Positions 11,429 to 23,545 of a DNA stretch of 40,294 nucleotides are shown one piece after another; the stretch's first letter is position 1, and the number at the start of each line of letters is the position of its first letter. The position numbers were made by a program, and so were the translations under genes. Under the pieces are notes generated by a model. That model was not told where the DNA came from. It worked only from the letters and a program-made list of their open reading frames with translations, and searched no databases. Source of the DNA: Lama guanicoe (lineage: Eukaryota); the NCBI GenBank assembly GCA_013239625.1, contig MU054323.1:9227220-9267513 (forward strand). Direction: 5' to 3'.

Positions 11429-11790
11429 CCCTGTTTGCAGATGACATGATACTCTACATATAAATCCCTAAAGAAGCAACCAGAAAACTACTAGAGCTCA
11501 TCAATGAATTTCAGTAAAGCTGCAGGATGCAAAATTAACACACAGAAATCTGTGGCATTTCTATACACTAACAACTCAATCAGAAAGAGAAATTAAGGAA
11601 GCAATTCCATCTACCATCTGTCCATCAAAAAGAATAAAATACCTAGGAATAAGCCTACCTAAGGAGGCAAAGAACCTGTACCCTGAAAACTGTAAGACGC
11701 TGATGAAAGAAACTGAATACAACACCGTGTACTTGGATGGAAGAATCAATATTGTTAAAATGGTCACACTGCCCAAGGCAATCTACACAT

Positions 11791-13119
11791 TTTAATGCAA
11801 TCCCTATCCAATTACCCAGGACATATTTCACAGAACTAGAACAAATCATAATAAAATTTATAAGGAACCATCAAAGACCTAGAACTGCTAAAGCATTACT
11901 GAAGAGAAAGAAAGAGGCTGGAGGAATAACTCTCCCAGACTTCAGACAATACTATAGAGCTACAGTCATCAAGACAGCATGGTATTGGTACCAAAACAGA
12001 CATATGGACCAATGGAACAGAATAGAGAGCCCAGAAATGAACCCACAAACCTTTGGTCAACTCATCTTCGACAAAGGAGGCAAGAAGATACAATGGAATA
12101 AAGACAGTCTCTTCAGCAAATGGTGTTGGGAAAACTGGACAGCAGCATGTAAAACAATGAAGCTAGAACACACCCTTACACCATATACAAAAATCAACTC
12201 AAAATGGGTTAAAGACTTAAACATAAGACAAGATACAATAAACCTCCTAGAGGAAAACATAGGCAAAACATTATCTGACATACATTTCAAAAATTTTCTC
12301 CTAGAAGAAATAAAAGCAAGAATAAACAAATGGGACCTAATGAAACTTACAAGCTTCTGCAGAGCAAAGGAAACCAGAAATAAAACAAGAAGAAAACCTA
12401 CGGAATGGGAGAAAATTTTTGCAAGTGAAACCGACAAACGCTTGATCTCCAAAATATGTAAGCAGCTCATACGACTCAATAAGACAAAAATAAACAACCC
12501 GATCCAAAAATGGGCAGAAGACCTAAACAAGCAATTCTCCAAGGAAGACATACAAATGATCAAAAAGCACATGAAAAAATGTTCAATATCACTAATTATC
12601 AGAGAAATGCAAATCAAAACTACAATGAGGTATCACCTCACACCAGTCAGAATGGCCGTCATTCAAAAATCCAAAAATGACAAATGCTGGAGAGGCTGTG
12701 GAGAAAGGGGAACCCTCCTACACTGCTGGTGGGAATGCAGTTTGGTGCAGCCACTATGGAAAACAGTGTGGAGATTCCTCAAAAGACTAGGAATAGACTT
12801 ACCGTATGACCCAGGAATCCCACTCCTGGGCTTGTATCCAGAAGGAAATCTACTTCAGGATGACACCTGCACCCCAATGTTCATAGCAGCACTATTTACA
12901 ATAGCCAAAACATGGAAACAGCCTAAATGTCCATCAACAGGTGACTGGATAAAGAAGAAGTGGTATATTTATACAATGGAATACTACTCAGCCATAAAAA
13001 CCGACAACATAATGCCATTTGCAGCAACATGGATGCTCCTGGAGAATGTCATTCTAAGTGAAGTAAGCCAGAAAGAGAAAGAAAAATACCATATGAGATC
13101 GCTCATATGTGGAATCTAA
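11791..13119 (+). pseudogene. L1 ORF2p C-terminal fragment including the CCHC knuckle
   Basis: Open frame from FNAIPIQLP to MRSLICGI*. The first ~18 aa of the track ORF (from 11737) are out of the L1 frame. Confidence 0.9.
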
Positions 13120-13467
13120 AAAACAAAAACAAAAACAAACAAACAAACAAAAACAAAGCATAAATACAGGACAGAAATAGACTCATGGACAGAGAATACA
13201 GACTTGTGGTTACCAGAGGGGTAGAGGGTGGGAAGAGATAGACTGGGATTTCAAAATTGTAGAATAGATAAACAAGATTACACTGTATAGTACAGGGAAA
13301 TATACACAAAATGTTATGATAAATCACAGAGAAAAAAATGTGACAATGAGAGTGTATATGTCCATGAATGACTGAAAAATTGTGCTGAACACTGGAATTT
13401 GACACAACATTGTAAAATGATTATAAATCAATGAAAAATGTTAAAAAAAAAGAAAATTTCAAATGCA

Positions 13468-14740
13468 AAAGTAGGGTGAAAGGTGTAATGAATTCCTAGG
13501 TACCTAACACCTAGCTTCACAATTCTCAATCCATGGTCAGTTATGTTTTATGAGTCCGCCATCAATTTTTCCCCAGATTATTCTGAAACAAATCCAAAGT
13601 GTCATACCACATCATCCGTAAATATTCCATTTATTTTGCTAGGGGATAATGACTTCTTTTTAGAAACGTAACTTTACTGTCATCGTAACTCTTTAAAAAG
13701 TCAATACTAAGTCTAAAATCTTTCATTACCAGGCAGTATTCAAATTTCCCTGGGTTGATATATGCACACAGATACATATATACATACATACTCCACATAT
13801 ATATGTAAACAAAATGTGTGTGTGTGTGTGTGTGTTACAGTTTGTTTGGATACTTCTAGTGTATACATTGCAGTAGGTTGATATGTTATTTACAGTGATT
13901 TCATCCCTGTTCCTCCTTCTTTCTCATTTTTCCTCCTCTTTTTCCTCCTCATGGTCTTTTACCTCCCGTTCTCTTTTCTCCTCTTCCTCCTTCTTCAGTC
14001 TTTCTTTCCCTCTTCTTTTTCTTCTTTATTTTAAAATTATTTGTGAAGAAATTAGGCCACTTGTCCTACAGAGTTTCCCCTGTGTGAATTTTGTTGATTT
14101 CAGCCATGTCGTTTAGTATGTTTCTTTGCTCCTCTATATCCTGTATGAATCCACAGTTTGGTCGAGAAGCTTAATCAGATTCATGTTTATTTATTTATTT
14201 ATTTTTGCCAAGAATATTTCACGGTATAACATAGTCTCCCATTAGGAGGCCTGTAACATCTGGCTGTCTTTTGAGGTAGCATCCTTTAATGGTCTTTGCT
14301 TATTTAGATCCATTCATTTGTTAAGAGTTACAAAATGGTGATATTCTGTCATCTCTTCTTCTTTTATTGGCTGAAGTACTTCTGTAAAGAGAAGTTTTTT
14401 CTGATCAACTGTTGATCCTGAGTACAGTCTCTTTAGAAGAATAGACTAAATGCTTGATTCTTCTCTTTTCTGGTTTTCAAAATAATGAGTTGTTTCCTTT
14501 GCATCTTCCAAAGATAACTTGATTTTTTTAGCATATCATTATTAACTCATGGTTAATTGGTTATTGATGCATTTTAAGCTCATTACATTTGAAGGGACCG
14601 ATCTTTGGCCAGTGAGAGCCTCTTCTTGGTGTTTCTGAATCTTGTTGATATGACCCCAGAAGCCTTTGATAGCTTTCTTGCTTCCTGGCATGACTAGATG
14701 TTCCAGGCTCATCTTGTACTTTTTTCACTCTGGGCCTCAG
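13468..14740 (-). mobile_element. Old L1MC4/5-like 3' fragment, target of the young L1; contains (TG)n at ~13815-13834 and a CT-rich tract at ~13905-14030
   Basis: aaaatttcaaa..aaagtag..taatgaa..cacctagcttca, ccccagattattctgaaacaaatcc, gatgttccaggctcatcttgtac. Confidence 0.65.
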
Positions 14741-15204
14741 GCCAGCCTTTTCACTCTTCTTCTCTCTCCGGGGAACAACTGGGGAAGCAATATTTTGTAA
14801 AAAATTGTTGTTCTTTGCAAAATTGTGTGTTTGTCTCTAGTGAGTTGCTGAGCCAGATTCTCTCAGATCTCAAGCTACAATCAATCTGGGTTTGATTAGG
14901 TTGGTACATCAGATGGCTTTAGTAGCTTGAACCCTTCTCCTCTATTTGAAATAACCTTGTTTTTTAGTCTTTCCTTCCTTTTTTGCCTTTTGGATGCAGG
15001 CATGCTGTGTTCCTTTTCTGGTTGTGGGGTAGAAGTGGAAGGACCGAAGCCCTGTCTCAGGGCACAGGACTTGAGTGGGTCAGACTGAATGCTGAGCAGA
15101 ACAGAACTTGCAGAGTTGTGATTTTGGAACATCTCACCCAGTCATGGTTAGATACTAAACATTTCATTTCTCCAGGAGGAATGTGCATTTCTTCATTGAA
15201 CAGC

Positions 15205-15650
15205 CAAATTTTCTGCCTTACTTTGGTTACCTAAAATTGCAGAGCCTGAGATAAGGATTTGGGTACATATAGTTTATTTGGAAGGTGACCCCTGGAAGCA
15301 CAGTGAGGAGGTAAGGAAGAATGACAAGGGGGATGGGGGAGAAAAGCCAAAAAAGGGTGTATAAATGAGTGGGTTATTGCCTTGGGCAGATGAGGTTAAA
15401 TCTGACTTTTAACCTCCCAGCTGTGTAGAACTCCTCAATATTGTCCCAAGAAAGGGCAAAGAAATTAGGAAGTTGTTTATATATATCTGTTCTCATCCTT
15501 TATTCTTAATGTCATTCACTTTCAGGCACCATAGCCTGTCTTGTTTGTTTTGTTTGTTTTTTTGGTGCTGGCCAAGCTCCCTTTTAGGCCAGAGAATGCC
15601 CTTTGGCAGACAGATGAAGTTACTTGAGCTGGTTAGCCACTGGTTTCTAG
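15205..15650 (-). mobile_element. ERVL solo LTR, LTR16-like
   Basis: gcagagcctgagataaggatttgggtacatatagtttatttggaaggtgacccc..gaagcac..aaagccaa..gggtg. Confidence 0.65.
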
Positions 15651-15744
15651 GACAGGGGGGTGAGTGGGGCTGGATGAGGTAGGGGGTCGTGAGATGAGGA
15701 GGGGAAGTAAGAGAATGGGAGTGGGGTTTGGGGTGGAGAGGTTG

Positions 15745-15945
15745 TCTTGCTCCCTGAGACCACTTGGCAATATCTGGGGATGTTTGCGGTTGTCACTACT
15801 GAGGAAGGAAGAGAGTGTTACTGGCTGGGCTCTACTGGGTCGAGGCCAGGGATACTGCTAAACATCCTGTAACTCATCGAGTGGTCTGTACAACAAAGAA
15901 TTATCTGGCCCAAAGTGTCAGTGGGCCTGAGGTTGAGAACCTCTG
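15745..15945 (+). mobile_element. MER20 (hAT-Charlie MITE), 5' end eroded
   Basis: ggcaatatctggggat..ggttgtcac..gaggccagggatactgctaaacatcct..acaacaaagaattatctggcccaaagtgtcagt..gaggttgagaacctctg. Confidence 0.85.
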
Positions 15946-16339
15946 GTGTACGGGAGCTCAGAGGTACAGGTGAGCTCTGGGGTGGGCTGTGGGTGGGGCA
16001 CGATGCAGCTGGATGTGCTTTGGGTTTCCTGCGACTCTGCTTCTGCTCATGCTGTTCCCTTCATAGCCTCATTTCTAAATCCTTTCCTTCTTTAATTTTT
16101 TGTATATATTCTACACTGTTTCATTTTTTATGGAAGAATGTGTTAATGTATTTTGTAAAATTTTTTCTTTCAAAATTGTTTTTGTTATCTAACATCCAGC
16201 TTAAGGGCCACTTCTTTGGTGAAGCTGTCTCTTATATTCCTTACCAGTTCTGACATTTTCACAATTTCCAGGGCATGTTGTCTGTTTATTGTGACACTAA
16301 TCAGTTTTTACCTGGAACTGTTTTTTTTCTGTCAAGTTG

Positions 16340-17250
16340 TTATTTTTAAACATAACATCTATCCTCTAAAATTTTTAAAAGAATCGTACAATAAACATCT
16401 GTAAGCCCTTTATCTGATTTGTCAGTTGTTAACATTTTGCCGTATTTATTTCTCACTCTCTCTATTCACACGCATATGTGCATATGTATGCAGATGTAGA
16501 TGTGTATTTATATCTATATGTCTAAATCTTTTTGCAGAACCATTTCGAAGTAAGTTGCAAACATTCTGATGTTTTACCTCTAGTACTTCAATGTATATCT
16601 CTCATGAAAAGGACATGTCTCTTCTACAGAATCTCAATGCCTTTATTGCACTCAAGAAATTTAACGTTGATACAATAATATTATCTAATATATGTGGTCC
16701 GTATTTATATTGCTACAGTTGCCCGTTAATGTCCTTTTAGCTTTTATCCCCTGATTTGTAATCCAGGGATAGATCATGCACTGTATTTACTGCTCATATC
16801 TCTTTTATTTTATTTAATCTAGAACAGTTCTCTTACCTATTTTTTTAAGTCATTCATGATATCTATGGTTTTAAAGACTCCATGCCTGTTGTTTTGTAGC
16901 ATGAGAATGTTCTACAGTTTGGTTTGTCTGATTATCTCTTCATGATTGTTTTTAGGTTAAACATGTTTGTCAAGCTTTCTAAACAGGTGATGTTATGTCC
17001 TTCTCAGTGTAGTCATCACACTGTCCATGATGTCCACTTGTTACGTTGTTGGTGCTGCCAAGTTTTACTATGTGGTTAAATTAAAGTGGTATCTTCCAGA
17101 TTTCTCTGTTATAAAGATACTTTTTTTCTATTGCAGTGTGTTATCTGTGGGGTGATATTTGAGACTGTCCTGTTCCTGAAAAACCTTTTGTCTAACGGTT
17201 TTAGTATCCATTAATTGATCCAATCCTGAATCAATAATTTATTAGCATTT
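16340..17250 (-). mobile_element. Old L1MC4-like fragment
   Basis: gttaacattttgcc, gaaccatttcgaagtaagttgca, aagaaatttaacgttgatacaat, tatctgtggggtgatatttgagact. Confidence 0.65.
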
Positions 17251-18679
17251 ATAGTTATTTTTATAAATGTCTTAACCTCTAAGAGCATATTTCCAGATTG
17301 CAAACTTTATTGGAGCAGAATCTCTTAATTCTTTTTCTGTTACTGACGTGACTTAGAGTATTGCGTATGCTTAATATTTTTGAGGTATTAAGTGAATTAA
17401 TAAGTGAAAATTATCTCTTTAGAAAATGTGAAAAAAAGTCTCTTTTATTCTGCCAGTTCAACCTAAATCTTTACAGTTACATTCTCTTTTCTTAAGCTTC
17501 TTCAAGTATAGAATAGTCAGTTACCATTTCTTTGGTATTGCTTCACATTTCAAGATTTTTTCCATAGTATCCTCCAAATGACAGTATCTCTTACTCTTCT
17601 CTGTAAATGCTAAGCTCCTTAATCTGTACATTAAACCAGTCTTTTAATCTCTCTCACTATGATATTTAGTTTATAGAAAATGAAATGTAAATACATAGTA
17701 GTTTAGAGAGTCCTGGCCTGGGCCTCTGTATAAACCATATATAAACCAGACACCTCATGTAATTAACCAAAATTAATTAACATTAGGTTTCACTATTTCA
17801 TGACAGTCATCATTACTGATTTGTTTAAAAATTATATTTAATTCCTAACTACTTTTTAAAACTATAAAAAAAAGTCAGAGAAAAGTTGAAAAAGCAGACT
17901 TTCTTTTTGTGGTGTCAGATGCATTGTAGTTATTAAAAAAGAATTGGTAATAAATTATATTAATGAAACATTTTGTGAATATGCATTAGAAAATCATTAA
18001 GACTACAATTTTGTGCAGTAGAATATTTATTGCTCAATAAAGTAATGCTAATTCATAGCATTTGACTTAAGATATTGTTATTTTATGCGCTGAAATAAGA
18101 ATACAAAAATTCAAGGTTAAAGGTTCATTGAAAACATATTAGAGCATCTGAAGATGGGACATTATACTCCTTTTTTAATTAGTCTGAGTTTCTTAGAATA
18201 AGCAGCACAGCAAATTCCTTCTGATATACCTACGACTCATGTAGCTTAATTTCCTGAGAATAGTCTCACCCTTTTTACTCTTTTCATGTGGCTACTATAA
18301 GTTTAAAGCTATGCATATGGCTTGTATTATATTTCTGTTGCACAGCACAGCTTTGGATACTAGAAATATGAAGCAGGAGTAGATGTGGCCTCAGGCTGAA
18401 GGATCTGATACAAGGAAGTATTATAAGGAAAGGGGGGAAATTTGAATGATCTCATTTTAATCTCCCCTCCACTTCCATCCTTTCTTCTACAGATATTTTT
18501 TGAGGGCCTGTTTCATGCAAATTATATCAACTTTCAGATTTAATTCTTTATAGTCTCTTCCTTAATATAGGAAAAGAAATTTTACCTCTCAAGACAAAAA
18601 AGTGTGCTGTACTATGGAATTACTGATGGTATCTCTGAATTTGTAGGGAAAACGGAGTGTATCTTTGAGGCACTTGGTA

Positions 18680-19560
18680 AGTTTCTTTATGATATCCTTG
18701 TGATTAATGTTTAGGTTCATAGTATTTTGGGGTAAATAACTATTGTTTAAATGACTGCACCCAAGAGGTACTGATAATTGAACTGTGGCTGCCAGAGAGA
18801 GAGTTTTCTAGAAGCATGCTTAGCCAATCTCTTTATAACTTGAAACTGGGGGTGCCTACCCCAAATTGGAATGGAACCTAACAATATTATGATGGGCTGT
18901 AAATAGAGAGGTAAATCTAACCAGATTGGAATGTAATAGAGATAAATCTAAAATTCTGAAATGGCTTCTGAAATCCAGCTGTCCAAATTCAGAATGAGGG
19001 ATATATGGCTTAGCATTAGTGTATATGTAAAAGCTTTGGGGCTTTCAGTTGATAGGAAGCATAAGTTAACGTTGATATGGCTGCCAGAAAAGCCATTCCA
19101 ATCTGCAGTGATATTTATTAATAGAAGTTTAGTATCTGAAATGAAGGCAGGGATTTTTTTTTTTTTTACTTGATTCTGTGTTCTTCAGAGCACACCTGGA
19201 ATCTTATGTTTAGTTCTGGGTATTACTCTCTGAGAGGACTGAGGACAAACTGGTATACATGCAGAGAAGAGAGAGGAGAGGATGATAAAGGAAATGGAGA
19301 CCAAGTCATAAGAGGACTAGTGAGAGAACCTGGGGTATTTAGCCTGGTCAAGGGGTGACTCATGGTGGGGTTGAGAGAGAGGTCAAGAGAGCTGCTTGCA
19401 AATGGTTGAAGAGCTATGATATTAAAATGAAATTAGACTCGTTCCACAAATTCCTAAGAACTAGTGGATGAAATTTTCAGAGAAAGAGAGAGTTTATTTC
19501 AGTGTAAGGAGACGCTATCAAGAGTTAGAACTAACTCTTGGAAATGTGTTACCTCTCCAG
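18680..19560 (+). mobile_element. L3/CR1 LINE fragment
   Basis: cacacctggaatcttatgtttagttctgg, gacaaactgg..cagagaagag..gaggatg, gaacctggggtatttagcctgg. Confidence 0.7.
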
Positions 19561-20163
19561 AATCTTTGTAAAACTGTTTCTTAAACCTACTTTTCCATTG
19601 AAAATCTCCTTCAGCCTGGCACTTCCACAAGATTCTTTTTTGGCCCTTACTTCTTATAGTTGGAGTTTCAGTAAATAATCATTCTTTATGTAGCAACTGA
19701 TAGGAATAATTCTTCCATCATTGGCAAAACTCTAGTTATTTACCATTTGAATTGTTTCTTTGATATTGTGTTTTCCTAGCAGTTATTTAAGCTTTAAGAG
19801 AGACAAAATATGAGGATACTATTCGCTGGTAAGAATAAGGAAAGGAGCTTGTGGACAAGCTATATTTCTTCCGTAGCAAGACATGTGGTTCACTCTGCAG
19901 GTCTGGTGATTGGTCCTTTCTGAGCTGATGCTGATATGTTCTAAAGAGGGCCAGCTGCCAAGGCATGAGCATGTAAATAGAAACTTCCTTACACCTCTTC
20001 TGGTTTCTTTGAGGAACTGTAGATGTGTGTTTTCAAGGAGAAGAACTCCTGCCCCGCTGGTCCGAAAGTTGTAACCCAGCGATTTTCAGGGAGTCGTGAA
20101 AAATAGGACTTGAAACTGCCATTTTGCTGTTAGATATTTATACACTTCTAGCCATTCTAGGTA

Positions 20164-20220
20164 TTTTCTTTCTTTTTTTTTTTCTTTCATTCTTTTCTTT
20201 CTTTCTTTCTTTCTTTCTTC

Positions 20221-20270
<50 letters not shown>
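20164..20270. repeat. (TTTC)n tetranucleotide microsatellite / polypyrimidine tract
   Basis: About 105 nt of nearly pure TTTC units. Confidence 0.97.
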
Positions 20271-22464
20271 AACCTCATCTTATATCACCTCTGATATTAT
20301 TTTTATTTCTTTGTTCTCTTGCCTACTCTTCCTTTTAATGAAAAGTTGAAGTAAGCGGTATCCCTGTAGTCTGTACTCTGTTTGTATCATCCTCTCCAGG
20401 GTGAAATAAAGGAAATGCGATATTATTGCTCTTCTCCATGATTTGTGTTGGTCTTTTCTCCACATCTCTGTCTTGAGGTCTGGGACTATGTTTTCTACTT
20501 CCTATATAACTCCCCAGGTGTCTAGAATGTGCATCTGTGCATGGTAGGTTTTTAATAAATGTTCTTGACTGATTTACTGACCCTTCTCCCAAGCAAGGAA
20601 ATAATGCCACATTTTATTCCAAAGAGGCTATAGAGTATTAAGGTAAAGTGTTTTAGGATTTCTTTGAGGTTGAAGGTGAGAATTTGAGAAAGTCTGAAAT
20701 TTAAGAGTGAGATTCTGAAAGATATTTAAATTTGTTTGTTTTGAAAAATACCTGTATAGTATTTTTACTATGTATAATACAGTTACTCTCTTTCCCTCTA
20801 ATAGGATCCTTTCCGTTGAGGATATAATAATTGCTATACATTGTTTCCCTTAAAAATTCATCACATATTCAAATACTTTTGACTACTTAATTTTTCAGTC
20901 AATTAAAAAGTTTAAAAAGTAACACTCCCCAGTACTCTCCTTTAAAAGGACCCATTTGGGAAACTTCTTGAAAAAATAAAGGTCTTTGTAAGTATTCATC
21001 TTATAAAAGCATTCTTTACTTTTAAAAAGAACTCACTGCAGTTTTTTTTTTAAATGGAGAATTCTCCAGTTGCGTTTTTGAGATGATTTTATTTATAAAA
21101 AATAAATTTACTTGTAGCCATTGAGTAAACACTTCCTAATTTATTTGTGTTTAAGTTTGGATTAAAGTGGGATGAATTTTTGCATCAGATTGAAAAAACA
21201 AGAGCTTTATTGAGATATAATTCACATACCATGCAGTCCACCCTTTGAAGTGTACAATTTAGTGGTTTTTAATACATTCACAGAGTGATGCAACCATCAA
21301 CACTAATTCCAGAACATTTTCATCTCCACAAAAGGGAACTTTGTACTCGTTAGCAGTCACTCCCCATTCCTCCCTTTCCCGGCCCCTGGCAACCAGTAAT
21401 CTACTTTTTGTCTCTGTGGATTTATGTATTCTGGACATTTCGTATAAGTGGTATTACCCAATAATCATACAATATGTGGCCTTTTGTGTCTGGCTGTTTT
21501 CACTTAGCATGAAGTTTTCAAACTTTATCCACATTATATCATGTGTCAGTACTTTTTTATAGTTGAATAATGTTCTATTGTATGTATATACCACATTTTA
21601 TTTATCTATTTATCAGCTGATGATCATTGGATTGTTTCTACTTTTTGGCTATTGTGAATAATGTTTGTACATCCATGTGCAAGTTTTTGTGTGGACATAT
21701 GTTTTTGTTTTTCTTGGATATATACCGAGAAGTAGAATTGGTGGGTTGAGGTAACTGTATGTTTAGCATTTTCAGAAACTACCAAACTATTTTCCTAAGT
21801 GATGGCACCACTTTGTATTCCCACTGGCAGTATTTGAGGGTTCCAGTTTCTCCACAGCCTCACCAATACTTGTCATTATTTGTCTTTTTGATTGTAGCCA
21901 TCATAGTGGGTGTGAAGTGGTATCTCATTGTGGTTTTGATTTTGATTTTCATTTCCTTAGTGACTAATGATGTTGAGCATCTTTTCATGTGCTTATTGAC
22001 CATTTCTTTATCTTCTTTAAAGAAATGTCTATTCAAATCCTTTGCCCATTTTTAAATTGGATTATTTGCCTTTTTATTGTTACGGTATAAGAGTTCCTTA
22101 TATTCTAGGTACAAGTGCCTTATCAGATGTGGGATTTGCCAAATTCTATATTTTCTCCCATTCTGTGGGTTGTCTTTTCACTTTCAAGATAGTGTCCTTT
22201 GAAGGACAAAAGTTTTAAATTTTTATGAAGTCCAGTTTACCTACTTTTATTGCTTCTGCCTTTGATTTCACATCTAAGAGAACATTGCCTAGTTGTAACA
22301 ATTTATTCTTATGTTTCCCTTGAAGATTTTTATACTTTTGTTCTTATACTTAGGTCTTTGATCCATTTTGAGTTAATTTTTGTATATGGTATGAGTTGGG
22401 ACTCAAGTTCGTTCTTTTGCATGTGGCTCTCTGATTGTCCTAGCACTATTTGTTGGAAAGACTC

Positions 22465-22818
22465 TTAGTCTCTTCAGGCTGCTGTAACAAATTACCATAC
22501 ACTGGGTGGCTAAAACAACAAATATTTATTTCTCACAGTTTTGGAGGCTGGGAACTCTGAATCAAAGTGCTGGCAGGTTCAGTGGGTAGGGTCTTCTTCC
22601 TGATTCATAGACAGTCTGCCTTTTCATTGTAACCTCACATGGCAGAAGCGGGCAAAGGGGTTCTCTTGGGTTTCTTTTATGAGGGCACTAATCCCATTCA
22701 TGAGGGCTCTGCCCTTACGACTTAATCACCTACCAAAAGCCCACCTCAAAATACCATCACACTGGGGATTAGTTATCAACATGAATTTTAAAGGAACACA
22801 AACATTCAGTCTATAGCA
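22465..22818 (-). mobile_element. MaLR solo LTR, MLT1A/A0-like
   Basis: ttagtc..ggctgctgtaacaaattaccatacactgggtggct..gagggcactaatcccattcatgagggctctgccc..aacattcagtctatagca. Flanking direct repeat gactc at 22460-22464 and 22819-22823. Confidence 0.88.
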
Positions 22819-22834
22819 GACTCTTTTACTTGAA

Positions 22835-23545
22835 GTTTTTTAAATTGTGTAAAATAACACAAAATTTACTGTCTTAATAGTTTTTAAGTATACACATTTC
22901 AGTAATGTTAACTACATTTATATTGTGCAATCTCCATAGCTCTTTTCATCTTGTGAAACTGAAATTCTGTACCCATTAAACAACAACTCCCCATTACTCC
23001 CTTCCCCCAGCTCCTGCCAACCACCAATCTCCTTTCTGCCTCGATGAATTTGACTACTCTGCATACCTCATATAAGTGAACTTGTACAGTATTTGTCTTC
23101 TTATGTCTGGCTTATATTACCATAATGTCCTCAAGGTTCATCCCTATTATACCATGTGTCAGAATGTCCTTTTTTAAAGCTGATTATTATTCCATTGTAT
23201 ATGTATACTACATTTTGTTTATCCATTCATCTGTCAGCAGACACTTGGTTAGTTTCCATTAGTCCATTGTGAATAATACTGCTGTGAATCTGGGTATAAA
23301 AATATTTCTTTGAGACGCTAACACTGATTTCACTTCTTTTGAGTATATACCGAGAGTGTAATTGCTGGATCATAAGGTAATTCTATTTTTAAATGTTTGA
23401 GGTACTGCCACATTGCTTTCCATAGCAGCTGCATTCTTTTATATTCCCACCAGTGGTGCACGGGGGTTCCAATTTCTCCACAGCCTCGCCAACACTTGTT
23501 TTGGTCTCTTTCTGTCTTTTTTAGTAGTCTTCCTAATGGATGTGT
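22835..23545 (-). mobile_element. Second L1 3' fragment (L1MB1/2-like) nested in the L1MB
   Basis: A new 3' end begins ttttttaaattgtgtaaaataacacaaaatttac.., followed by gaaactgaaattctgtacccattaaacaacaactcccc. The host L1 resumes at ~23550. Confidence 0.8.

Larger units (their letters stand above)
10740..13451 (+). mobile_element. Young 5'-truncated LINE-1 (partial ORF2, 3'UTR, poly-A), same orientation as the host gene
   Basis: Perfect 16-bp TSD gaaaatttcaaatgca at 10724-10739 and 13452-13467, preceded by a T-run (L1 endonuclease-type site). ORF2 motifs: [53 protein letters not shown]. Short A tail at 13443-13451. Confidence 0.97.

Noticed and set aside
12057..12617. 186-aa minus-strand ORF
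   Set aside because: Typical antisense shadow ORF of L1 ORF2.
11737..13119. 460-aa ORF as a host or domesticated gene, or an active reverse-transcriptase system
   Set aside because: It is the C-terminal part of L1 ORF2p in a 5'-truncated copy with no promoter, ORF1 or endonuclease. The track's N-terminus is out of frame.
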